Source: Octopus bimaculoides
Taxonomy: Eukaryota
Reading direction: 5' to 3'
NCBI RefSeq assembly: GCF_001194135.2
Contig: NC_068984.1
Span: 110,261,321 to 110,325,320 of the forward strand
DNA length: 64,000 nucleotides
This document shows positions 12,441-23,409 of the stretch, one piece after another. The position numbers and the translations under genes are program-made. The first letter of the stretch is position 1; each line of letters begins with the position of its first letter. Below the pieces are notes generated by a model. That model made no database searches. It saw nothing but the letters and a program-made list of their open reading frames with translations, and had not been told where the DNA came from.

Positions 12441-14784
12441 AATAAGTTCTAGTTGAACATTGAGGCCAACCTAATTTACTTCTCCTGCTCACCTCGAGCC
12501 AAAATTAATGCCAAATTTACTGATCTTCCCACTTAGAGCTATCAGGCCTATATTACCAGCAATTATTATGATGTTGCAGATTTATATCAGTTTTTGAATT
12601 GAGTATGTGGTTACAAAAATAAGAGGAAAAGGCATTATTTAATGAAATCCACCATTTAACTAATTCTCATTTTATTGAATTGCTGACTCCTGTGGAAATA
12701 GTAAATGTGTTGTTAGTGGGGTTTGAACTCATGATAGGAAGAAATACTACCAAATTCTATAAGAATGTTCTCTTAATTAAGCATAATACTAGGATCATCA
12801 ATAAGTATCCGACATTAACACTGGGTTTGATTCAATCAACTGTACTCATTTTCTACAAATGTTGGTTCATTGCCAATAAAAGCAAGGATGGGAGGCTGCT
12901 GGAAGAGTCATGGTAAAAAGATTTACTAGATGGTAAAAAGCCTTGCAGCATATAATAACATATATAATTTAATGATCTGATTTCAAATCCTGTTTAGGTC
13001 ATATTTGCTTTCATCTTTTCATGGACAAGTGCAATTAAATTCAAGCAAATAGTGTGGTTAAATTAAAAACACTTCTCCTTCCCTCAAAATATAACGTATG
13101 ATCTTCCAAACTTTACAAATCAGTGATACTGTGGCATTTCTGAAACTGGGGTCTTTGGATTTCGCTGTAAACATTCTTGCCATAGGAAAATTTGCTGTAA
13201 GAAATTTCATCTTAAATGACCTCATCACATTGTTTTAATGTTTGACATTGGATAAAGATTTGCTTATTTAATGTTTTTGCAAAAACGTTTTATCATTTTT
13301 TTTTTTTTTACTTTAAAAAGTGCTGATATACTATGTTTTATCAATGTCCATACACTGAATTGCCATATGGTGGATTTTCTTGCATGGGGAAATTTTTTAT
13401 GGCTAATTTTCCAGACATGGCTGTGCATGTAGCAACACTGGTATCTGTCAATTACTTTCTTATTTTCATTTAACTCTTTTATTAGGCATGAGAAACCTGC
13501 ATGTAAAACTTTCACTCATGTACATATGGCATGATACATAGATTCTTTTGAAAATTAAGTGATTTAAAAACGAACAAAAGCAGATAAAAACTACTGATTC
13601 TTTTCACCTTTCCAAAGTTTCTATTTTCATTAAAATTGTAACAACTTTGAAAGTAGGGGTCCAAAAAGAAAACTTACATTTTGGTCAGTTTTTATGGGGT
13701 TTGAAGAAAGACCAAATTTTCGTCACTGATTAGGTACACTGACCAACAGCACTAGATTTCAAAAAAATCTTTTATTCTTTTACTTGTTTCAGTCAGTTGA
13801 CTTCAGCCATGCTGGAGCACTACCTTGATACAAAACAAGATATTTATGAGTGTTAAATTCAGTGGTTCTATATACCATTTACATTTGTCCTTTATACCTA
13901 GTGTCAAATGACCAAGTTTTGAAAGTGGCTTCATTCAAGAAAAATACAAGCACTTCTATCATCAGGTGTATTTGTATTATATTTCCTTTGCTTTGAGATC
14001 AATTTAGAACATAATTTACCATTAATTTCAATCTGGAAATTCTAGGATTTACCACTATGTTCTCTGGTCTTCTTGTACAATGACCATAGCACACAAGGAA
14101 ATGGTTGGGAAAATTTAGATACTGCATCATATTTTATTAAAATGGATGGTTCTTAATAGCAGATAAATTATAATTCTATTCTAGGAATGTAATGAATACA
14201 CTGGATTTATATGTAACCCAGTTGTATATTTGAAGAATCACTGCAGCTAATTTGCATATTTGAAATTTGAATGTCTTAGCTAATCTGTATCTATAATTAG
14301 ATGTTGAACTGATTGTTGTTCAATCAGATGCAGCACATCACAAATACCTTAGTAACTCATGTAACCTGTAGACATACTCATAAATTCTCCAAACAGAGCA
14401 AAATCCTTAATTTTTGGAATCATATTTTTATCAAAATTATCAAATCATGAAATAAACTATCTTCATCAGTTGTTAGCTATCAGAGCACTCCTTCCTTCAA
14501 AGATTCCACGCATCCTGAAATTCACCAACACTACTACTGAGGTGCATATGCACCTTTTCTTTATGGCTCCCTCATTATTCATTTGGCTGTCTTAATGTGT
14601 AGAATGCATGCCCTTTTAGCTATTTATACTGTCTTTCTTAACTTGACTTACTACTGCTTTCTATTTCTTCTTTTTTTCCCAGATAAGTTGTAGTGCATTT
14701 GTACACTGAATTTTTAATAAGCTCCTCATATTATGTAACACATATCATTAATATACTACAAATGGGATTTGAGATATACATATT

Positions 14785-14965
14785 GATTGCAAATTTTGGC
14801 AGAAGGCCAACAATTTTGGGGAGAAGATAAGTCGATTACATCAACCTCAGCGTTTAACTGGTACTTATTTTATCGACTCTGTGAGGAATGTGAACTCATA
14901 TCGTAAAGACAGATGAAATGCCGCTAAGCATTTTGCCCGACATGCTAACGGTTCTACCTGCTCAC
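14785..14965 (-). mobile_element. SINE family A
   Basis: Reverse complement of the family A body (ACTGGTACTTATTTTATCGAC...CCGCTAAGCATTTTGCCCGACATGCTAAC). Confidence 0.8.
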
Positions 14966-15442
14966 CATTTTTTTCATTTATACATGTCGATCAGTTAAGA
15001 TTTTTTTACCATTCCTACATTTGTGGGTGTTGTTTTTACCAAAAATGCCTATAAAAGTGTCTGCTGTTGAAATAAACAAAAAAAATTAGACATTTGATTC
15101 ATTTGTAAATTGAAAAATATGTGAAAATGGTAATATACCTGGTTTTTAGTCAAGTTATCTATACTTTTAAAAAAAATACTGTGTAGTGAGACTAAACCAG
15201 ATATCGTGCTGTTGCAAAACAAACCTCTTAATCAGACAACAATACTGAACTGCGTAAGTGTTTCATTTAATTTTACAAATATTAAAGATTTTCAAAGCTT
15301 AAATGAAGTATTATATGTTGCTTGTGTTTTCTTTTGTGTTTTTATTGCTTACTCTCAGTAAACCATGATCAAATATACCCACACTTAACACATGTTAGAA
15401 AAGTTTATATTTACAACAGTATCAGTGTCAAGCAGTGTTTAG

Positions 15443-15797
15443 GCAGAGTTAGTTAAGATATATTTGTGGCATACTTCAACTTCTAAAGGCAAATTCACTG
15501 CAGTTATTGTAGAGAAAAATATTCTCTCTTATGGTAAAAAGGTGTAAAAATACCATATCTGCCCAGTACTGTCCAGTACTGTCCAGTGCTGTCCCCTGTC
15601 AGATACCCAGACACGTTTTTAGCTCTTTAGCCATTATCAATGGGAAATAAATAAGAGAGATAACTCTAGATAAACAGTATTACAAAATGTCTAAAAACAC
15701 ATTAAGTTTGCTTATGCCTAAACTCTCCTTGGTGCTGTTACTGTCGTAATTATTTTTGACCTGGTGGTTTAATGGCCCAACTCGGTAATGTGTGTGT

Positions 15798-15856
<59 letters not shown>

Positions 15857-16250
15857 ATGCATACTTGACTTTGTATTTGTCTCTTCACCATTAGACTGGT
15901 GTTGGTTTGTTTACTTCCCTGTAACCTAGCAGCTTACCATAAAAAAGACTGAGGCAATATGTACCAAATTTTTAATAAAATGTATGTAATGAGGTAGATG
16001 TGTTTTACTAAACCCTTTAAAAAGACTTTAATTAAGTCTGTCCAGAGTTACCTCTCTTTGGTATTTCCAGTTGATAATGGGTAAAGAGCTAGAAACTCAT
16101 CTGGGAATCTGACAGGGTGTAACACTGGACAGATATGTTGTTTTTACACCTTTTTACCAGAAGTGAGAATTTTGTCTTTGTGGTAACTGAAGTGAATTTG
16201 CTTTTAAAAGTTGAAATACGTTACAAACATATTTTAACTAATCTAAAGTT
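15443..16250. mobile_element. Diverged foldback/MITE with ~230-bp inverted arms
   Basis: 15443-15680 aligns with the reverse complement of 16030-16250, e.g. GGTAAAAAGGTGTAAAAA versus TTTTTACACCTTTTTACC, and CCCTGTCAGAT.CCCAGA versus TCTGGGAATCTGACAGGG. Confidence 0.75.
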
Positions 16251-16304
16251 TGCATATATATTTAAATAAGGATTTAGGCAATAAAATGTAGAAGTCAAGC
16301 ATTC

Positions 16305-16553
16305 AACCTTCCAACCAATCAGCCAACAAAGCAACCAACCAACCAACCAGCAAACCAGCCAGCTAGTCAACCAGCCAGTTTACTACCTAACCAACAGAGA
16401 AACAGACCAACCAACCAATCACCTAACTGCTTATCCTGCAACAAGCCAATGAATCAACTAACCAGCAAACCAACCAGCCAACCAGCCAAAAAACCAAGCT
16501 ACAAGCCAACCAATCACCCAACCAAACAACTAACCAACAAGCCAACTAACCAA
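16305..16553. repeat. Degenerate (AACC)n tetranucleotide array
   Basis: Directly visible. Confidence 0.9.
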
Positions 16554-16653
16554 NNNNNNNNNNNNNNNNNNNNNNNNNNNNNNNNNNNNNNNNNNNNNNN
16601 NNNNNNNNNNNNNNNNNNNNNNNNNNNNNNNNNNNNNNNNNNNNNNNNNNNNN

Positions 16654-16830
16654 AGGCTGGAGCACCGCCTTTTAGTCGAACAAATCAATCCCAGGACTTA
16701 ATCTTTGTAAGCCTAGTACTTATTCTATCGGTAATTTTTGCCGAACCACTAATGTTACCGGAATGTAAACGCACCAACATCTGTTGTTAAACGATGATGG
16801 GGACACACACAGACACTCAAACCTATATAT
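16654..16830 (-). mobile_element. SINE family B 3' half
   Basis: GCTGGAGCACCGCCTTTAGTCGA is the reverse complement of the tail at 26760-26800. Confidence 0.85.
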
Positions 16831-16911
16831 ATATGTGTGTGTGTGTGTATGTGTATGCTTGTGTGTATGTGTGTGTGTATGTGTGTGTGTATGTGTGTGT
16901 GTATGTGTGTG

Positions 16912-17648
16912 TGGCGATTGAAGGACGATATAATTAAGTATAACATAACTTGGTCCGTATTAAGGCACGTAAGACCACACAATATCCTTTCCAGGAGATG
17001 CCGACTCGGCTCCGAGGAATCCCTGTCTTTTCTGTAGACCAGTGAGAAGATCATTATATGCCAAAACGCATATAAATGTACTTTCGCACAATGCTGTGGG
17101 AATGAATTTGAGTAACTGTTAAATAATTTACTATAAGGTATGGATGAATTAAATTTAGCCTTAACCTCCCCATTCTTTTAAACACCAAGTAGCTATTTAA
17201 CACACTTTGTGATCGTGTGTGCACCAAACCACAAGTGTATGTATGCTTCCGTTTTCGTGGATGCTTGTATGGGCGAGTGTACACGCACCATGAAGCTTGC
17301 CCGAGGGCGTTGATACAGTCATATCTGTTAACGGTTAGTCTTAATACTTTTCTCGTTGTATTGCGTGTTCGTTTCTTTCTTGCATCGATGATATTATTTT
17401 TGATCTGTATAAATGTAGATATTTCCTTCGTTTTGCTGCTTTTCTTTCTATGAAATGAAAAGATACATTTCGGAACTGTTATTTTAACGAGTTGTGTCTT
17501 TCACCCGATGAGACACATCTGCACCGCCGGATATTCCTGAACCAGTTTTTAAGTGTCCAGCCCGTGAGGGATCGATGCTAGATGGGTCGAAACAATTGTC
17601 GTGATTAATAAAGATTCTCATATCTTCCATCTTCCGTCTTTCATTTAC
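16912..17648 (+). mobile_element. Penelope-like element 3' end: GIY-YIG C-terminus plus pseudo-LTR
   Basis: WRLKDDIIKYNITWSVLRHVRPHNILSRRCRLGSEE matches the Penelope W.LK...Y.I.WSI....PY....RC.LC.EEK signature (from recall). Followed by non-coding sequence with hammerhead relics and AATAAA at 17607. Confidence 0.8.
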
Positions 17649-18100
17649 CATATATATATATATATANNNNNNNNNNNNNNNNNNNNNNNNNNNNNNNNNN
17701 NNNNNNNNNNNNNNNNNNNNNNNNNNNNNNNNNNNNNNNNNNNNNNNNNNNNNNNNNNNNNNNNNNNNNNNNNNNNNNNNNNNNNNNNNNNNNNNNNNNN
17801 NNNNNNNNNNNNNNNNNNNNNNNNNNNNNNNNNNNNNNNNNNNNNNNNNNNNNNNNNNNNNNNNNNNNNNNNNNNNNNNNNNNNNNNNNNNNNNNNNNNN
17901 NNNNNNNNNNNNNNNNNNNNNNNNNNNNNNNNNNNNNNNNNNNNNNNNNNNNNNNNNNNNNNNNNNNNNNNNNNNNNNNNNNNNNNNNNNNNNNNNNNNN
18001 NNNNNNNNNNNNNNNNNNNNNNNNNNNNNNNNNNNNNNNNNNNNNNNNNNNNNNNNNNNNNNNNTGTATGTATGTATGTATGTATGTATGTATGTATGTG

Positions 18101-18135
<35 letters not shown>

Positions 18136-18837
18136 CACTCTGTGTATGTTTATTTACATATACATACACACACATATTTACAGAGCGATGATAGACAAAT
18201 ACTCACATCACTCAGCATGCATATAATGAACTTCACAACTGATGGGACGTCATCACATCACTTTCCTAGTTTTTAATTTTACATTTTTAACTAGAGGGTA
18301 TTTCTTTTTCCTGTTTCCCCATTCGTCTCCTTTTTTTTTTTCAGTTTTTTTTTTCAAAACCATATTGCTACCAACATAATGAGGTCAATGATGGTTTTTA
18401 CATTTTAGGATTTTGATGTTGGTATTTCTTTTTTTTATATATATATATATATTCATTTTTTTGTTTGTTGATTTATTTTTAGAAGCTTGCTGTTTACCAT
18501 CCTAAATTATTCAACAAAATAAATATCAAAAGTTGAGCCATATATTAACATAAGATAAACATAAACATAAACAGCATGAAGGAATAGTTAAGTTCACTTC
18601 ACATCTTGTGGTTTTAAGTCCTTTTCTTTCTACGCGGCATTATGGACTTGTGTCTTTTACTATCGCCTCGAGTTAACTTAAATTTTGTTTGTGAAATCAG
18701 ACTGAGTGAATCTGAGGAAGACCATAGCGGGAAATGTTCTTGAAGTACGATCTTCTCACACAGTGTCATTGTGAGAATACCTGACGATGACATTAAGTGT
18801 TTAACTGACTGTAGAGTGTTCAAATACATACACTATA

Positions 18838-19078
18838 TTGTTGTTGTTGGCACTCCGTCGCTTACAACGTCGAGGGTTCCAGTTGATCCGATCAACGGAA
18901 CAGCCTGCTCGTGAAATTAACGTGCAAGTGGCTGAGCGCTTCACAGACACGTGTACCTTTCACGTAGTTCTCGGGGATATTCAGCGTGACAGAGTGTGAC
19001 AAGGCTGACCCTTTGAAATACAGGCACAACAGAAACAGGAAGAAAGAGTGAGAGAAAGTTGTGGTGGAAGAGTACAGC
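18838..19078 (-). mobile_element. 5'-truncated SINE family C (GGAGGCGCAATGG head family) with (AAC)n tail
   Basis: Reverse complement of 36532-36765. Confidence 0.9.
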
Positions 19079-19585
19079 GGAGGACGTCATGCCGTCTCAG
19101 AGGTCTGCGACACTTTGCAAAATTGGCATCTTTCGAAATTTCCTGGTGCGCTACAGAACTATCACGCGGACAACATCCATTGATTGGTCAAGATCAGACG
19201 TGCACACATGGCCAAACTATGATTGAATTGTGAACAGAAATTTTTATGAGGCAAAATGCGAGTTCCGATCCATGCTACAACCTTGTCAAATCCGATACAA
19301 AAACCATCATTATTATAATTTACGGCCATATTATTATTAAACATCGAAGCTGTCAAATGGATAAAATTCTTAAGACATTGGGAAAAAGCCTTGCAATGAG
19401 AAGACCAAATTAGGTCGAAATGCTATATTTGGTGATCTATCAGCGTTCTGAGTGAAGTGTGCTTTCTGAGAAGATCCTCTGAAACAAAATGTTGCAGATA
19501 GTGCCGGTCCACATTTGTGTATACATTATAAACTGTATAGACACCGGTGTTTTAATGTAATCTAAGACTGTTTCAAAGGCCTCTG

Positions 19586-20496
19586 GGATCTTTCTGATTT
19601 GGCGGGCGCCACTTGTTTTCTTAACGAAACACTTTCAAACTTGGGACACTGGTAGAATGTGTCATATAAAACGTTTTTTACTCTTAGCGTTATTGAGAAA
19701 ATTTCATCTTTTTAAAGTTATTTCATGTTAAAATTGTCGTATTTCGGTAATTTCATCCAATCACTGACGTCTATTGAGGTGAAAAAAATTACTGCTGTGA
19801 ATTGTCAACAAAACGTTGTGCGGTGTAATGAGATCTTTTCCCTTGAATAAAATTAGTGCGTTGTTTGTTAACAACAACTATCGGTGGTACTGTTATCTAT
19901 GACATCGTTCGTGTGTTTGTACTGGTTTTAGCTTTAGGGTTTTAGAGTTAGGGTTCGGATTTTAGAGTTAGGGTTACGGTTATGAGTATTTTTGTCAAAT
20001 TTGGTGAAAAATTTGTGGCGGTGTATTGAACAGATTTTCACCAAATTTGGCAAAAATACTCATAACTCTAACCCTAATCGTAACCCTAACCCTAAAACCC
20101 TAACCCTAACCCTAAAACCCGAATCTTAACCCTAAAACCCTAAAGGTAAAACCAGTACAAACGCACGAACGATGTCATAAATAACAGTACCGCCGATATT
20201 TGATGTTGACAAACAACGGCACTAATTTTATTCAAGGGAAAAGATCCCATTACACCACCACAACGTGTTGTTTACATTCCACAGCAGTAATTGTTTTCAC
20301 CTCAATAGACTCCAGTGATTGGTTGAAATTACCGAAATATGACAAATTTTAACATGAAATAATTTCGAATATAAACATTTTTCTCTGTTCTATAAGACAA
20401 AATATACAAGCATACGAAGTTTTAAAGTGTTTCGGTAGAAAACACACTAAATAAAACATAAATAAAAAAATGGTGCCCGCCAAATCAGAAGGATCT
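19586..20496. mobile_element. 911-bp foldback (palindromic) non-autonomous DNA transposon with internal telomeric repeats
   Basis: Left arm 19586-20015 is the reverse complement of right arm 20031-20496, with a ~15-nt spacer. Termini GGATCTTTCTGATTTGGCGGGCGCCA and TGGTGCCCGCCAAATCAGAAGGATCT. 8-bp TSD GGCCTCTG (19578-19585) and TGCCTCTG (20497-20504). Confidence 0.9.
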
Positions 20497-20600
20497 TGCC
20501 TCTGTTTAATTCTAGTCTTTCAAAGAAATCAGTAAAATCTTGATCATTGATTTCTATATCGGAGCAAGCCTTGTTTGGCTTCGCTCAGAACATCTGAAGT

Positions 20601-20650
20601 ATTCGTCACTGAAGAGAGCACATCAGTTCGAAACACTGCGTCCGGTGATT
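20601..20650 (+). ncRNA. Putative type I hammerhead ribozyme
   Basis: CTGAAGA (20609-15), stem II GAGC/GTTC with loop ACATCA, GAAA (20630-33), C-G pair around ACTGC, then GTC (20640-42). All conserved core nucleotides are present. Proximal stem I is imperfect (A-C mismatch plus wobbles), and the motif is enclosed by a perfect 15-bp inverted repeat. Confidence 0.6.
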
Positions 20651-21087
20651 CACCGGCGTTCTGAGCGAAGCCTTGTGTTTTTAGCAGAACGCTCATTGAG
20701 AAGTTTGCACATCATGTTATACGCACAGGTATTTTCATCTAAAGCTGATTCAAATGTGTACACTCACATGCACACACACATATATGCATATTTGTGTATG
20801 TGTCTGTGCGTGCTCGTGTGTGAATGTGCATTCGTGTAATGTCTGTTCTGTTATTGTTTCTGTATATGAATAAAGCATCTCTTTCTGTCGTATGCGGAAT
20901 ATCTTCTTCTGCATAGTTGTGAGTACATGCATGTATGTGTGTGTATATATGTGTGCGTATATGTGTGTGTATATATGTATGTGTATATGTGTGTGGGTGT
21001 GCAATATATGTTTACGTACACAAGTATGTAAATAATATATCAAGCGTGGGCTAGGAAAGTATATGAGTGCGAAAGAGAGAGAAAGAG

Positions 21088-21123
<36 letters not shown>

Positions 21124-21133
21124 NNNNNNNNNN

Positions 21134-21168
<35 letters not shown>

Positions 21169-21396
21169 TGTGTGAGTGTGTGTGTGTGCGTTTGTCCTGG
21201 GTGTGTAAGAGAAAGTAAGTTGCCCTATATGCATATATACATACATACATACATACATACACTGATATGTATTTTTACACACCTAGACACACGCACATAT
21301 ACATGTGTATATCTTCAAACGTCAATGTGAATATATAATTGTTTGTAATTCTATATTTGTATGTATATGGGCACACGAGTAAATATGTGTGTGCAT

Positions 21397-21442
<46 letters not shown>

Positions 21443-21857
21443 NNNNNNNNNNGAGAGAGAGAGAGAGAGAGAGAAAACAGTTTGTAAATAATTAAATAGT
21501 CTTAAAACAATTTAACGAACGATACATAAAATTACAAACAAAAAACAAAAAGATTAATAACACAAAATAATTTTTTGTTGAAATATCAAAAAATACCTCA
21601 AACGTCACAAGAGAATAAACAATAATCAAAAAATATTAAAAAGAAACTATTAGAACTACAATTGAATTTCTTTTAATTCATCTGCAATGAAGAGTTAAAC
21701 TCACGGTGAAAACACCATGCACCTGGACATATTGACACAAGCATATACGAATGCACACATATGTATACATATGCATACACTCAACACATTAATATATGTA
21801 TGCGTGTATGTGTAGTCATAGGTATATGTGTATGCATATGTGTTTATATGTGAATAC

Positions 21858-21904
<47 letters not shown>

Positions 21905-22106
21905 NNNNNNNNNNNNNNNNNNNNNNNNNNNNNNNNNNNNNNNNNNNNNNNNNNNNNNNNNNNNNNNNNNNNNNNNNNNNNNNNNNNNNNNNNNNNNNNN
22001 NNNNNNNNNNNNNNNNNNNNNNNNNNNNNNNNNNNNNNNNNNNNNNNNNNNNNNNNNNNNNNNNNNNNNNNNNNNNNNNNNNNNNNNNNNNNNNNNNNNN
22101 NNNNNN

Positions 22107-22189
<83 letters not shown>

Positions 22190-22418
22190 TATATATACAT
22201 CTATATATATACATACATATATAAATGTAAATATCGATACACCTACAAGCATATATATGCAACTACGTTCGATATACATATAACCGTACATATATCCACA
22301 CACACATATATATATATACATATATACATAAACATTCATATATATATATATATGCATATACTTTTACATATATACATATGCATGTATATATATGNNNNNN
22401 NNNNNNNNNNNNNNNNNN

Positions 22419-22464
<46 letters not shown>

Positions 22465-22985
22465 CAATAATGTAGAAATGCATATTACACAACTGGCAGA
22501 GAAAATTAAAAGTTTTAAAAAGAAAACATGAAACAAATACACAAATATAGAGCAAGAATTTTTTTTTCCCATCAAGAATTTATCTTCACACATATCAACT
22601 GGTCTGTGAGTTTGGTGTCTGAAATTATTTTCTTTGTTTCGCTAATTTTTTTTTACATTTCTTACCTTGAAGTCATTAATCTCACCTGGCATCAAATTTA
22701 CCAAAATTCTTCATTGAGATTTGCTGCTAAAATGCCTTTACACGTTTCATTTTGAAATCTGTCGTATACCACAAAAAATGGTGAAAGCCGTAACATTTGA
22801 GACGTTGGCATTAAAATTGTGTTAGTAGTTTAAACCTGTAAAATTCTTTAAAGTGTAATCTAAGTGGTTTTGGGTGGTATGGGGTAGTACGATGTGAGAA
22901 ATAGGGAATGATAATGCAATGCGTTGAAATTGTATGTATATATATTTGCATGTGTATTTTAATATGTGAGCATATAAACTCATGT

Positions 22986-23328
22986 GGAGGCGCAATGACC
23001 CAGTGGTTAGGGCAACGGACTCGCGGTCATAGAATCGCGGTTTCGATTCCCAGACCGGGCGTTGTGAGTGTTTATTGAGCGAAAACACCTAAAGCTGTAC
23101 TCTTTCACCTCAACTTTCTCTCACTCTTACTTCCTGTTTCTGTTGTGCCTGTAATTCAAAGGGTCAGCCTTGTCACACTGTGTCACCCTGAATCTCCTCG
23201 AGAACTACGTTAAGGGTACACGTGTCTGTGGAGTGCTCAGCCACTTGCACGTTAATTTCACGAGCAGGCTGTTCCGTTGATCGGATCTACTGGAACCCTC
23301 AACGTCGCAAACGACGGAGTGCCAACCA
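22986..23328 (+). mobile_element. tRNA-derived SINE family C with TSD and an internal deletion
   Basis: A box TGACCCAGTGGTTAGG, B box GGTTTCGATTCCC. TSD ATATAAACTCATGT (22972-85) and ATATAAACTCATAT (23329-42). Lacks ~46 bp present in the 36386 copy. Confidence 0.92.
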
Positions 23329-23409
23329 ATATAAACTCATATGCACACATATGCACGAACACACTTTTGAGCCTGTTTCCAAGCATGCAAAATGTGTGTG
23401 CGCATGTGT

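Noticed and set aside
13121-13728. hAT MITE with CAGTGA termini
   Set aside because: The TIR match is only 6 bp and the 8-bp flanks do not match. It may be a real old element but is not supportable here.
19925-20145. Head-to-head TTAGGG/CCCTAA as an ancestral telomere fusion
   Set aside because: The tracts are short, embedded symmetrically in 400-bp inverted arms and bounded by a TSD, which indicates a transposon rather than a chromosome fusion.
20598-20626. Antisense hammerhead-like core overlapping the plus-strand one (CTGATGT...GACGAATAC)
   Set aside because: Two invariant positions are wrong (A9 is T, A15.1 is T) and there is no convincing stem II, so ambisense ribozymes are not supported.
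20540-20750. Ordered weak resemblance to U3 snoRNA boxes (GATCATT..TTCTATA, GAAGAGAG, TGAGCGAAGCC, CTGA)
   Set aside because: Box C TGATGA is absent, box B lacks two bases and the spacing is wrong. The hammerhead reading explains the sequence better.
22986-23060. tRNA gene at SINE heads (also 36386, 26455, 53233)
   Set aside because: A/B boxes are present but there is no closed cloverleaf, and each continues into a repeated SINE body with tail and, for family C, a TSD.
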